DNA of 64,000 nucleotides from Monodelphis domestica (Eukaryota): NCBI RefSeq assembly GCF_027887165.1, contig NC_077230.1, positions 289,270,949 to 289,334,948 of the forward strand, read 5' to 3'. Shown piece by piece: positions 37,184 to 48,770 of this stretch (position 1 is its first letter; each line of letters starts with the position of its first letter). The notes under the pieces were generated by a model. It saw only the letters and a program-made list of their open reading frames with translations, ran no database searches and was not told where the DNA came from. The position numbers and the translations under genes were made by a program.

Positions 37184-39912
37184 TTACATGGGAGCAATGA
37201 ATATAGGAGTTCTTTTCTCCACTACTTGAAATGGGCCTTCCCAGGCAGACTGAGTCACTCCAACACGCTGGAAGTTCTTTATGTACACTTTGTCTCCTGG
37301 GTGTAGGTCATGGAACAAGAAGTCTAGATGTCCTGCTTTTATCTCAGCTCCAAATTTGAGGAGTTCTCTTAATCTGGTCTGTAAATCCTGTATATAAGAA
37401 GCAATAGAAGTGTCCTCACCTAGTAATGATATGTATGCAGGAGAAAAAGGCTTAGCCTTTATTGGGGGGGGGGTGTCCAAAAAACATCTCAAATGGTGAG
37501 ATCTGTAAATCTTCCATAGGTCTGCTACGAAGATAAAACAAAACTAAGGGGAGGACTTCATGCCATTTTAAGTGAGTCTCGGTGCACAATTTTCCGATCA
37601 TGGTCTTAAGTATTCTATTTGGTACATGGAATTGGGGAGAGATCTCCAGACAAGAATAAATTTGGGACAAAACAGAATCAGTAAAATGGGTTCCCCCATC
37701 TGAATCATTTCGTGTTGGCAGGCCAAGGTGTGTGATAATTTCTCTTAAAAGCACTGTAGCAACAAAAGCTGCTGTGGCTCAGCCACTAGGAAAAGCCTCC
37801 GGCCATCTGGTCAGTTGCTCCACTATGACCTAGCAAACTTTGTAATGTCCAGCTTTAGGAATGGTAATAAAGTCAATTTGTAGATGTTCAAAAGATGTGT
37901 AAACCAAAAGCCTTGCCTTGAAAAGCATGTTGGTTATATGCCTGACAAGTGCAATAGGCTGCACACACTTTTAGAGACTATGGTAGTTATACCAGGGGCT
38001 ATCCATACCTTCCTAACAGAGTCTACAATACCTTGAGTGCCAAAGTGACCATTTTTATGCACTAATTGGCATATTTGGTGATAAAAACTTCTAGGGAGTA
38101 GGGATTTTCCTTCAGAGAACACCCATACTCCATTTATCTGTGTTGTCTTAAATTGTTATACTTCCATTTTTCCACTTCCTTTTCAGTATAGGAAAATGAT
38201 AAATCTGCTTCATTAGTCGTTGTTAATGCTAAAATTAATTCAAGTCTTTCTACAGCTGTTAACATTGCAGTGACATCTGCCTGGTCATTTCCCTTAGAGA
38301 CAGAATCAGTTCCACCTGTATGGGCAGAGCAATGAACTACAGCTAAGGCTTCAGGTAACTGGAGAGCAGAACGAACTTCATTAATAATTTCTGCATTTGC
38401 TATAGTTTTTCCAGCTGAGGCTAAAAATCCTCTCTGAAGCCATAACATACCGACTGCATGACAAATTCCAAACGCATATCTCGAGTCTATATAATTTGTC
38501 GCCTTCTTGCCCTTGGCAATTATACAGGCATGTTTCAGGGCTATCAGTTCTGCACCTTGAGCACTTAAATTTGAGGACAACGAAGCTGACCACAGAGTGG
38601 CAAATTCTCTTGACTACAGCAGCTCCAGTGTGTTACATATACCTTCCTTCATGAAAGAGGAACCATCAATAAATAAGACTAGATCTCGATTGTCTAAAGG
38701 AGTGTCCAGGAGATCTTCCCGAGACTGTTCAGTCATGGACACTAAAGTTTCACAGCTATGTAATGTTTCTCCTGAGACTGGCACATCAGTAAGCAAGGTG
38801 GCAGGGTTAAGAGTTGTACAGCGTTTTAAAATTATTTTTGTTATTTAATAAGGTTATTCCACATCTTGTGAGTCTTTGATCAGAGAATGCCTGTGTTCTA
38901 TGTCTGAGCAACAATGCTTCTACTTCATGTGGGCACATAATTTTTAATGGACGTCCCAATACCAAGTCAGCCACCTTAGATGCCAGTAAAGCTGTGGCAG
39001 CTACACCTCTAAGGCATGGTGGTGATCCTGAATGTACTGGTTCCAGCTGGCCTGAATAATAAGCAGTCGGACGCTGAGCCAGTTCTAGAGTTTGGATTAA
39101 AACACCTGAAGCCACCCCTTTCTGTTCATACACATATAAAGTGAATGGTTTATCATAATGTGGGATACCTAGAGCAGGGGCTGATAATATAACTTGTTCT
39201 AAATCTGACAGAGCTGACAAGTGTTCTGGTTCTAATCTAAGCAGTTCAGTGACTGAATCTTCTGTTAGTGCTATTAGGGGTTTTGTGATTTCCCCAATGG
39301 ACCCCAAGGGATCCATTGTCTACAAAAGTCCTGTTGCCCCTAAGATTTCCCTCAACTTGTTTCTTAGTAGTGGAAATGCTTAATTTTTGAATATCTTCAA
39401 TGTGCTTTTAGGAAAATAGAACAGGAACCAGCAGTTAAAACGTACCCTAAATATTCAACTTTGGGGAGACACCATTGAACCTTTGCCTTTGAGACTTTAT
39501 AGCCTCTCTTATATAGTTCTAACAGATGTTTGCTATCTTCTTGGCATTCTGCCTCATTTGGTGATGGCTAGAGTAAATCATCTATCTTGTACAAATCTAT
39601 ATACCCATTTTCCATTAGGGCCTACTTTTGGCTTTTTCACAGGGAGAATAGGTGTATTGTATTAAATTGTTTAAATTGAATATTATCTATATCCTGTTCC
39701 AAAATTTGAGCAAAAGAGGTTGGGACTTTCCATGTACCACTGGGCAGATGGATGAAACCATGTCCCTGGGAGTCTTTCCAGGTAAAAGCAAAGATATGCC
39801 TGGAATCCTCATGAATTGGTACCGAAAAAAATGCTGAGTACAAATCTGCTACAGCAATGTATGTGGCTGTGTTGGGAATATAAGAAATTATTGTGTGTGG
39901 GTTTGTAACCAC
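37184..39912 (-). pseudogene. ERV pol remnant: RT fingers/palm (…DLYSAFFSVP…LPSGTWKVPTSF), RT connection (…GQLEPVHSGSPPCLRGVAATALL…), RNase H (FIDGSSF…SAQGAELIAL…HCSAHTGG…GNDQAD), integrase HHCC-like, core (SDGGTHFT…) and C-terminus (GPFQVV)
   Basis: Six consecutive minus-strand ORF fragments (39637..39912, 38807..39316, 38134..38580/38614..38796, 37934..38122, 37452..37754, 37184..37492) carry the characteristic MLV-like pol motifs. They are separated by stops and frameshifts. Confidence 0.75.
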
Positions 39913-41220
39913 AGGATGGCTTTATATGACATGATTATTCACAGCCCTCAAATCTTGTACAAATCTATATACCCATTTTCCATTAGGGCCTACTTTTGGC
40001 TTTTTCACAGGGAGAATAGGTGTATTGTATTCAGATTTGCAAGGGATTCTTTTTCCTTGTTTTATTAATTATTCTATCATCGGGGAAATACCTAAAATTG
40101 CTTCTTTTGAGAGGGGATACTGAAGAATGGAAGGAGTTGGGGAATTTCTCATCTTAATCTGAATAGGATCAGCTGATTTAAGTAGACTAACATTGGAAGA
40201 AGATGTAGCCTATAGAGACTCAGGTATATTAGCTGGGGTTTCAAAGGTGGGAGGGATCGCCCACATCCTGACTGTCTGAAAGAAGTACAGGAAACAATTT
40301 TAAGCATTCCTCAATTCTAGTTTCATAGAGCCATCTGGAGAGCATGTTATTGTGGTTCTAAGTTTGCATAAAAGATCTCTCCCTAAAAAATTTGTAAGGA
40401 AATCTAGCATTAAAAGGAAAGAATGATCCACTGAGAGGGGTCCCAAAGACACCATTCAAGGGGATAACTTTTCAACCTTTAGAGATGCTCCCAATACACC
40501 TATTAAATTCAATGAGTCAATAGGATTACATTCAGAATCAGGCTTACTCATTAAAACTGACCTAGAAGCTCAGGTGTCTAACAGGCAATCATAATACATG
40601 TTCCCAACTTTCAGGGTCATGTAAGGTTCTTGTGAGGGAGGGGAATGGACTGGGATAATAACCATTAACATATCAGGGTGTGTTGTGGGTTCAACTGGGA
40701 AGGTTTTCAACCTCCCCCTCCTCTCATAGCATCAGAAAGATTCCTGGCTATTTCTCTGGGTTCTCCTACACTGAGTATAGGAGTTGTGGTGTGGGTTATG
40801 AGTTACCTCATTCCAATTGCTATTTCTCCTATTATTGACATTATTCCTGAAGCTTCTATTTCTATTCACCTGGTTCCTCTTTCTACATTTCATAATTACA
40901 TTACCCATCTTTGCACAAAAATAATGTTAGTAGTTGTTTTGTGGATTCTCGCAAGGGAGCCGTGACCTCTCCTTGCTTTTCCTTTCCAACTCTTTCAGTT
41001 AAATCTTTTATTTCCTTCCTAAATGTCTCCATTAAAGTAGTGTTCTCTATCCTTCTCTCCCTGCTTGGCAGTTAATTCCTTTATTTCCTTCCTTAATGTT
41101 TCCATTAAATCAGTGTTCTCCTCCTTTTCCTTATGTCCCTAAAAGCACAAATTGCCACTCTTTTTAAGTCTTCAAGGTCCCATAGTCGGCCAGTTTGGAC
41201 GCCTAATCATAAAATAATTC

Positions 41221-42547
41221 TTACAACTGTTTTTTTACAAATTGTATCCTGATTTGTCTAACATCCCTTTCCCTATCAAGATTCAATTCTATGTATCTTT
41301 CTCCCAACTCAATAAGCCTATTCATAAACGGAGAGAGGTTTTCATTGTCTTCTTGCTTAAGATTTTCTAACTTAGTCCTTGTACCAGGCCCATCAGAACA
41401 ATTTCTCATAGCTTTTAGTAAGGCATTTCTAGCCTGGCATAGCTGTAAGTAATCTTGCTCTGAATTTAGATTCCATTTAGGATCTTCCACATCAATCCAT
41501 GAGGTATTATATGTGTGAAAAATGCTCTCAAACTTATTTATTACCAACACAGGCTCAGATTCATAAGAAGGTGTTTTGTCTTCGAATCTCTCAATGTCCT
41601 ATGAAGAGAAAGATATATGATATCTAATGTGTACTAAATCTCCACGTTTGTTATAAGTAGAAACATCAGTTAAAGGGAAAAGACGTTCATTTGAATCATC
41701 TGTGGTAACTGTTGCTTGGTCTGTGTTCTGTAGTTCAGTGGAGTGGGCTGTAGTGAGACTAGTAGGGGAAGGAGATGGGGTGGGTGAATAGAGAGGGAGG
41801 GGCTAGTCAGAGGGTGGGGAGGAAGGGTGAAAAGTTTGGGGGTGGGGCTGGGGGAGTGGTAGAGAGGAATGGGAAAGGGACTGGTGGCAGGGTGGAGAGG
41901 AGGGAGGTGAGGCTGGGGGTGGGTTGGAGAGAACTTGGGGAGTGGCTGAGGAGAAGAGGGTGAGGTCTAGAGGAGGAGTCATAGTATGGTGGGTTGGATT
42001 GGTCAGGGGAAGGAGGGTAGGGAAAAGGATTGCCAAGAGAATAAGTTTAAGGTAATTAGGGATGGTACAGGTAGGGATAGGGGAGATGGCCGGGGAATGG
42101 GTAGTTAGAAGAAGGAGGGTACAAGTATTAGGATGGTAAATGGTAAGGGAGGGTAGAGAGGTAGATGGGGGGGAAGGGAATGGTAGGAGTAGAGAATGAG
42201 AAACATCTGACAGGGAGAGGACTGGATCTAATCAAGGGTTCAGGAGGAGGAACTGAAGGAGTTAAGCCAGAATGGTCTGGTTCCAAAGTAAGAATGGTTT
42301 CCTCACTGGATGGAATGTTTGATTTATCAACATGATATGCCCACAAGAACCAGTATTTATAATCTTTGGAATCTTTGTTTTTAATGGCTAACTTCAAGTC
42401 TTCTAAGATTTTGAAGTCAAAGGAGCCATATTTTGACCATTTAAAAGATATGTCCATCCAGGCTTTGCAAAATTTTCTAGCTTTCTTCTTTGTCATCCAC
42501 TTCTGCTTAAGAAGATTAGGATCACCCCAACAATTAAAAAGTTTAAC
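41221..42547 (-). pseudogene. ERV gag remnant: proline-rich p12-like segment and capsid with major homology region (…LKQEDNENLSPFMNRLIELGERYIE…)
   Basis: Minus-strand ORFs at 41221..41550 (Q-x3-E-x7-R MHR pattern), 41803..42036 (Pro-rich) and the lower part of 42128..42688 support the call. The frames are broken. Confidence 0.55.
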
Positions 42548-42915
42548 ACTGTGGTATAATCGAACGTAATGGACTTCTCCATTAGTGGCAATGTAATGTC
42601 CCTGAACAATCTGCAGGGATCTAGGAGAAAAAACACTATCCATAAGCAGAGGACAAACTGAGGGAGTAGAAACACCGAGGAAAAGCATTTGCCTGACTAC
42701 AGTGGCTGAGGGGACATGATAGAGGAGAGACTCTAAACGAACACTCTAATGCAAATACTAACAACATGGCAATGGGTTTGAATCAAGAACACATGTGATA
42801 CCCAGTGGAATCACGCGTCGGCTACGGGGGGTGGGAGGGAGGAAAAGAAAATGATCTTTGTCTTTAATGAATAATGCATGGAAATGATCAAATAAAATAC
42901 TATAAAATTAAAAAA
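42547..42915 (+). mobile_element. 5'-truncated L1 3' end (ORF2 C-terminus/3'UTR) with poly(A), inserted between the ERV gag and the putative 5' LTR
   Basis: The sequence tgtggtataatcgaacgtaatggacttctccattagtggcaatg…gggagtagaaacaccgaggaaaagcat…aaataaaatactataaaattaaaaaaaaaaaaa aligns to the L1 3' ends at 60990-61385 (+) and 52941-53330 (-). Confidence 0.7.
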
Positions 42916-42916
42916 A

Positions 42917-43010
42917 AAAAAAGAAAGTAAAGCCAGATTTGATCCCAGGGTCTCCCATTTCTAGATTTGGCTTTCAATCTACTGAGCTACCTAGCCACTC
43001 CTCCTTATAA
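42917..43010 (-). mobile_element. Partial tRNA-derived SINE abutting the L1 poly(A)
   Basis: The fragment gccagatttgatcccagggtctcccatttctagatttggctttcaatctactgagctacctagcc is the reverse complement of the SINE head. Confidence 0.6.
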
Positions 43011-43389
43011 TAATGTATTACAGATAGATTCTTCTGTAGTTGACACAAATTCTTTTAAAGCAACAAATAGCATCACTAGTTCAGGAATTGACAACCCTCT
43101 TGAAGAATTTCTGATCATTTAAAACTTGGTTTGAGCTGACTCAAAAAAAAAAACAATTAAAAAGTTTATGCAGGGGTGAATCTGGAGGATGATTTCCTAA
43201 TTTCCCTTGATTTGTTACAGTATTTCCCAAAGTGTCAAGTCTTTTTGTTTTAACCTGCCTAATTAAGCTAATCTGAGTGTTGTTAAATTGTCAGCTTAAA
43301 TAATGAAAAGTTCCTAAAAAAAAAAAAATGGAGATAAATTTCTTCAGTGTTATTGTGGAAGGCAATGAGAGTAAGTTTAAAAAAATAAG

Positions 43390-43800
43390 CTAACATGAGG
43401 AAATAAATAATTGTTGCACAGCGCTAGTATCAATGAGTGTGTATTATAATTGCTATTAACAATATGTATTCATTATAATTGTTATTTATAATTAATAGTA
43501 AATAAATATAAACAAGTATCAATTATCAATAATAATTAATAATAGTTGGTAGTGACTCATAATAGTTATTAAAAATTAATAGTTATTGTTATAGATAGTA
43601 TTATCAATATCATTGTGTTCTAAAATTATTCCTTAATACTGCATTTAATTTGATTTAATTTTGGCCTTGTTCAATTTTGGAAATTTTAATTTTTTTAATT
43701 TTAATCCAATATTATTAATCATTAACTATGAATAATCCCTTTATTTAAATGTAATTTAATACCATTATTTTAGATTACTAGTAGCTATAGCAAAGGAATT
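43390..43800. repeat. AT-rich cryptic low-complexity block (aattaata/attataatt/ttattaat-type words), ~400 bp
   Basis: The block is seen directly in the sequence. It shows strong AT skew and short imperfect repeated words, and no ORF. Confidence 0.6.
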
Positions 43801-43899
43801 GTCTTAATTTTCCTGCAGTTCTAATTCTTGACAGCAGGTGGTGCTATAACTGCATGTAGAGTGGAACACATTTTCAGTTAGGCCGTATCTAAAAATAGC

Positions 43900-44560
43900 T
43901 AGAGAGATGTTAAGTCCCAGAAGAAATGTGGGAGGGGGAAGAGAAAAGACCCCCCCCCCCCCAAAAGCACTTCCTCTTAGCTTAGTTCTAAGGAATATTT
44001 TTGGCTGGGGAAGAGAGAAGGGAAAGAAAAACTGAGTTAAGTCTCTTCCCCTCCACCAGAGGTAAAAGCCGTGAGTTTTCAAAGTTGGGGGTGCTGGGTC
44101 TCGGACAGGGAGCTCCTAACTCTAATCAACAGCCTGGTAGGACCCCCCGGATTAATTTAAGGGGCTCCTCTCCCCGCTACGTTGAGTGGAGCATAGCGTC
44201 AGTGTTTTGCTGGTTTTTACCCAGGATCTCCTATCTTTAGGTCTGGCTCTCAAACTACCAAGCTAGGGAATTCCCAACTACCACAGGCATTCTGCTCCAG
44301 CCCCTCAGTGTGGGGTTTTTTGGGGGGGGGTGCACTGGGTCTTAGGGTCAGCGATCTCTTAACTCTAATCCCCCCAGCCTAGAAGGAGTCCTAGGGATCC
44401 ATTCCTCCGCCCTGCGCTGCACTGGACTGAGTGAAGTGGCACTAGGACCTTGCTTCCTGTTGGGTCCTAAAACCCCCTTTGTTCTGTACAGAAAGGCTCG
44501 AGCCCCATTTGGAATGGGGGGAGGGGGGCTTATTCCCATGCACTGAGCTCTACTGAGCTA
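43900..44560. repeat. GC-rich block containing two diverged tandem ~240-bp units (≈44085-44230 and ≈44325-44460) plus C12 and G9 homopolymers
   Basis: The two units (ggtgctgggtctcggacagggagctcctaactctaatcaacagcctgg… and ggtgcactgggtcttagggtcagcgatctcttaactctaatccccccagcctag…) are clearly related. The run cccccccccccc is at ~43951 and ggggggggg at ~44322. Confidence 0.55.
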
Positions 44561-44956
44561 AGAGGAACTGAGGCAGTGTCCCATGTGGGTTTGGCATTGT
44601 GGCCTGTTGGATGTGGGGTGGGAAATGCCATGTTTTTGTTTTTTAAAGGTGTGGGAGCTGGGGCTTAGGAGCAGGGACTTTTTTTCTCTACCACTTCACC
44701 CGTATCAAAGCTAAAGTAATGTAGTGTGGTGGGGAATCATGTGGGAGGGAAATGCTCACTGATCCGGTGTGATGAACCCGAAAAGAAAAATCATGGCTTT
44801 CCTGTCCTGGCCAAGGTGATCAAAGCAAAAGAACAGTGAAATTCCCTACTCTTTCCTAAGCACTTACTCAGAACTTTTCTCAGAAGAATTTAAGAATGCA
44901 AAATAAGCCTTTCTAATGGTTACCAACTATAATTGAAAATTAATATATCTATGCAG

Positions 44957-45250
44957 TTATTAATTTTATAAAGTTTATTAATAGGAAAGGTAGATTAGCA
45001 TAGTTTAAAATCTCTTACTCTAAGTCCTCTGACCACATTTCCCCTATTCTCCATTAATCTTTCTCTCCCTCACCTGTCTCTCCAGCCCCGTGTCCATCCA
45101 AGAAACCCAGGTATGCCCCACCTACTTTATTTTATTGATGTTCAAAAAGTTCACTGAGTCAAACTAATATGTGGGGAATATTGATGAACTGGGAGGGGGT
45201 GGGGATAAGATTCCCTTGACACTGTTCTTAGTTTCCACATGATGTTGGAA
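44957..45250 (-). repeat. Putative 5' LTR remnant of the intron-5 ERV (direct repeat copy B)
   Basis: The segment ttattaataggaaaggtagattagcatagtttaaaatctc…gggataagattccc aligns at ~88-90% with 33940-34250 in the same orientation. Its reverse complement begins TGTTGAGGG/TGTCAAGGG. Confidence 0.45.
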
Positions 45251-45325
45251 GATGGAAAAAAAAACAATGTTTGTGATATTTTGATCACCTTAAAGATTTT
45301 AATAAACCATCTGCTTGTCTAACAG

Positions 45326-45448
45326 ACAGGCAGCAAGTTTTGAGTTTGGGAATGGATTTGCAGTTGGAATGGATGAAATTGGAAGATTTTCAAAAACATC
45401 TTAATGGTGAAGATGAGAATTTTACAACAGCAGATGCTATACCAAGTA
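45326..45448 (+). CDS. MPHOSPH8: MPHOSPH8 exon 6: (D)RQQVLSLGMDLQLEWMKLEDFQKHLNGEDENFTTADAIPS
   Basis: The exon matches human DGRQQILSLGMDLQLEWMKLEDFQKHLDGKDENFAATDAIPS. Acceptor ctaacag| and donor A|gtaagt are present, and the 123-nt length is phase-consistent. Confidence 0.88.
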
Positions 45449-45777
45449 GTAAGTACTTTTAAAATTGTAAGATGATATGTCATTTTTAATCATGTTTGAC
45501 TCTCCATGATGCCATTTGGAGTTTTCTTGGCAGAGATACTAGATTAGTTTGCCACAGATGAGGAAGCTGAGGCAAACAAGAGTTCATTGACATGACCAGG
45601 ATCATACAGCTAGTAAGTGTCTGAGGTTAGATTTGAACTCAGGAAGAGGAATCTTCCTGATTCCAAGCCTGGCACTCTTATCCACAATGCCACTCACCAC
45701 ATATTAGAAATACAATTTGCATTTTTTTAAATGCAGAAATCCGAATTGGTATTAAAAAGACTCTTTTTCTTCTTTAG

Positions 45778-45866
45778 ACTTACTGAGGGATGCAGTGAAA
45801 AATGGGGATTATGTTACAGTGAAGATTGCACTTAATTCAAATGAGGACTACAATTTGGACCAAGAG
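45778..45866 (+). CDS. MPHOSPH8: MPHOSPH8 exon 7: (N)LLRDAVKNGDYVTVKIALNSNEDYNLDQE
   Basis: The exon matches human NVLRDAVKNGDYITVKVALNSNEEYNLDQE. Acceptor tctttag| and donor GAG|gtaata are present. Confidence 0.88.
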
Positions 45867-46559
45867 GTAATAGCATAATGTTTCTGTGAAAATTTCATTA
45901 AAATATAGCTCCTCTAATAATGTAAGCAAGTTAATATGTGACATCAGAAACTGTTACAAATATCTTTTAAAATGTTACTTATCTCATGGCCTTTTTAAAA
46001 GCTTTCCTTTCTTCTTTGTTATAAATACCAATGTTTGAGTTGTATTATTTCTACCTAATGCAATTTTTTCAATGAACTTCATACTTCTTATCAGAATTTG
46101 GACCTTCTTTTCATTGTTTCAGTTTTAAATAATTTTATTTACTTTTTTGGTACATATTAGAGCATTGTACAATTAGATTTTCTCATTTTTCTTATAGATA
46201 CTTTAAACAAAATTTTCCCCATAAAACTAAGAAATTATTTTTATTCAGAATGCAGCAATAATTCCCAAAGTAAAATTCACTAGAATATATCCTAAAAATT
46301 TAGGAATAGCCAGTCAAAAGAAAAATTCCTCAATTTAGTAGTCACTTATGTACATTTTCAAAAAATACTTCTTCTAATGTAATCTTCCAATTCAAAGATA
46401 GAGACAGGATAGTGGAATACTAGGAAAAAGTAAAGCAAATTATTTACTCCACGTTCTTTCAAACATATCTAAAAAACACAAATCCAGTATTTTTGGCCAA
46501 AACCTAATGGGAAAAGCCATTCAAAAGTCATAGTGATTCATTTTTCCCAGCCCATGTCA

Positions 46560-47660
46560 CCACAAAAAGATTGCCAAAGAAGTCCCTGACCACTTGAGGG
46601 GAGGAGTCTGGCCAGGGGACAGACCTGTGGAAAGCTAAGAGTATAGAGGAAAAGGTGAACAACAGTATAAAAAGAAGTCCCAAACCCACAGCTAGGCACT
46701 TGATAGGAACAAATTAGCCAACTGGCAGCTTTTTCACCAACTACTTATTCTCAGGTCCCAGATCATGGACAGATTGAGATGGGGACTTCTGGATAAGAGG
46801 AATGTTCTTCTGTAAGCAATGTTTGCACACCCTAGGGAGTTCATCACTGAAAGAGTAGTTTAGTTTGAAAGCAAGTAGAAATAATGTGAATCAGATCTTA
46901 GAGTCTTGAGGGTCTCAGTTCTAATGTCTAGACTAGTCTGAATCCTGTTGAAGAATAACCAGTGCAGGAATTCTCAAACAAAATGGAAGCCTGCAATTCT
47001 GCCACCCTGAACCATTAGAACTTCCTGGCTGTCTGATTTGGGTGGGGTAAGGGGGGTGGTGGGAGGAATGAGACAGAACACAAATTTCAGTAGCAGTCTT
47101 CTTTTGCTGAGATCTAAACAAAATCAAGAATTTGAAGAACTCAGACCGGGGGAATACAATCAGTCTATGCCCTAGATTAGACTATTTTGTGAGTACTAAA
47201 AGCTTGCAAATCCCCAGCCCATTTCTGAGATTTTGCAATTAACACAATACCCAGTAGCCCAAGAATGTTTCAATAGGACTGGCCCAGATCCACCTTTCAA
47301 AAATGCTACTAAAGGTTGTCTAGCTTTAAATCAAGTCCAAAATCAGGAGGTAGGCCAGAAAAGTGGGTCAACAAGAAAAGAACCTCAATATAATGAGATA
47401 TTCTAGTAGCAGGGATGCCCAAGGAACAAATACTAAAGAAGCGAATGACTTAAAACATCTATAAACAAAGCTCCAAGGGAAAAAACAGCTTGGGTCTGAA
47501 TTGAAGAATTTCTTGAAGAGCCAGATCAGGAATTTAAAATATTTTTATAAATGAAATGAGAGTTCTAGAGGGAAAGAGAAATGAGTTTTATTAACAACCT
47601 TGCACAAAAGGTACAAAATCTAGCCCTAGCAACAAACTCCCTAAAAATTTTGTTTTGCTT
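46560..47660 (+). mobile_element. L1 5' fragment (5'UTR and start of ORF1)
   Basis: The fragment is homologous to 27000-27680, ending …aaatgagagttctagagggaaagagaaatgag… (ORF1 start). Confidence 0.65.
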
Positions 47661-47814
47661 TACTATACTAATTCTGTAAGAGGTTTTATTTTTTCATTCT
47701 CAACTGAGGGAGTGGAGAAGATGAGCAAGAGATATGGAGTGTTTGCTGATTAAGGCATATACATATACAAATTTTTAAAAGAAAAAAATAGAAAAATGTC
47801 CTGTCAAAAAGATA

Positions 47815-47845
<31 letters not shown>

Positions 47846-47868
47846 CATACATACATACATACATACAC
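47815..47868. repeat. (TACA)13 microsatellite
   Basis: The repeat reads acatacatacatacatacatacat…. Confidence 0.95.
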
Positions 47869-48607
47869 TCCTATGTCAGAAACTTAGAAGTTTTATTTCA
47901 ATGGAAGAAAAAATAAAGTTATGATTCACATGTATGCAGCATAAATTGCCCTTGATTTCAAACTCTTGTGAAGTTTTCCAACCTACCTTAGAACAGTAAT
48001 CATATCCCTATTTCATCTTGTCAAAATATGAAATGTCAAATATATGCCCTTTTTTACCTAGAAAAGCTAATGTATTCCCTAATTTATAATAAAAATGTAT
48101 GGTAAATAAAATGTCAGATTTCTCTACTTGATCATTCCTCTCAGCAATTCTTATTTTTCTATTCTGTGTTACACTGTAGTAGGCTACATATTGGGAAGAA
48201 ATTGCTGCATATTCCCTGCAAATTAAGGTCTTTCAGGCAAGGCTCTTATAGCTGATTTTAAATGGCAAGATTCTTATTTTAAAATAATGCTAAAGTTCTC
48301 ATGTTCATAAGGTAAATTTGATTGCATATTCAATTAATTTATTAAGAAACAGCTATGAAGAGGTTAATTTTAGTATTTAAAAAAGTAATCAACTGAGGGT
48401 TATTTCTTTATTCTTCCCTGATTTGGCCTAATTCACTTTGCAGAAATTGTTTCTAGCCAGCTAATATTATTTTGTGAATACTCCAAACTTATCTTGCCTA
48501 CTTTATTCTTTATATTCACATTTCAAATTTTGTTAGTAATGCCTACACTTCAAGAGTCCACTGCTTTTGTAGGCTTAGCTACCTCTGTGATAGCCTTGCC
48601 ATATAAG

Positions 48608-48770
48608 TCCAGGCTGAGAGACAAGAGATTCTGGCCTCAGACACTTCTAGGTGTGTGACCCTGGACAAATCACTTAACTTCCATTGCTTAGCCCTCATCA
48701 CTCTTCTGCCTTGGAACCAATACACATTATTGATTCCAAGATGGCATGCAGAGGTTAAAAAAAAAAAAAA
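48608..48770 (+). mobile_element. 5'-truncated tRNA-derived SINE with poly(A)
   Basis: The copy reads …ctggcctcagacacttctaggtgtgtgaccctggacaaatcacttaac…ggttaaaaaaaaaaaaaa. Confidence 0.75.

Larger units (their letters stand above)
33940..45250 (-). mobile_element. Degraded gammaretrovirus-like (class I) endogenous retrovirus provirus, antisense within MPHOSPH8 intron 5, with secondary insertions
   Basis: Minus-strand ORF fragments run in gag-pol order from high to low coordinates: CA major homology region, RT, RT-connection, RNase H, IN zinc finger, IN core, IN C-terminus. The region is bracketed by ~290-bp direct repeats of ~88-90% identity. Many stops and frameshifts interrupt the reading frames. 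Confidence 0.7.

Noticed and set aside
42128-42688. 186-aa minus-strand ORF that looks like a long intact gag
   Set aside because: It is a chimera. The upper third (≈42547-42688) is the antisense translation of an L1 3' end and only the lower part is ERV gag remnant. Comparable antisense-L1 ORFs occur at 53159..53543 and 60743..61196.
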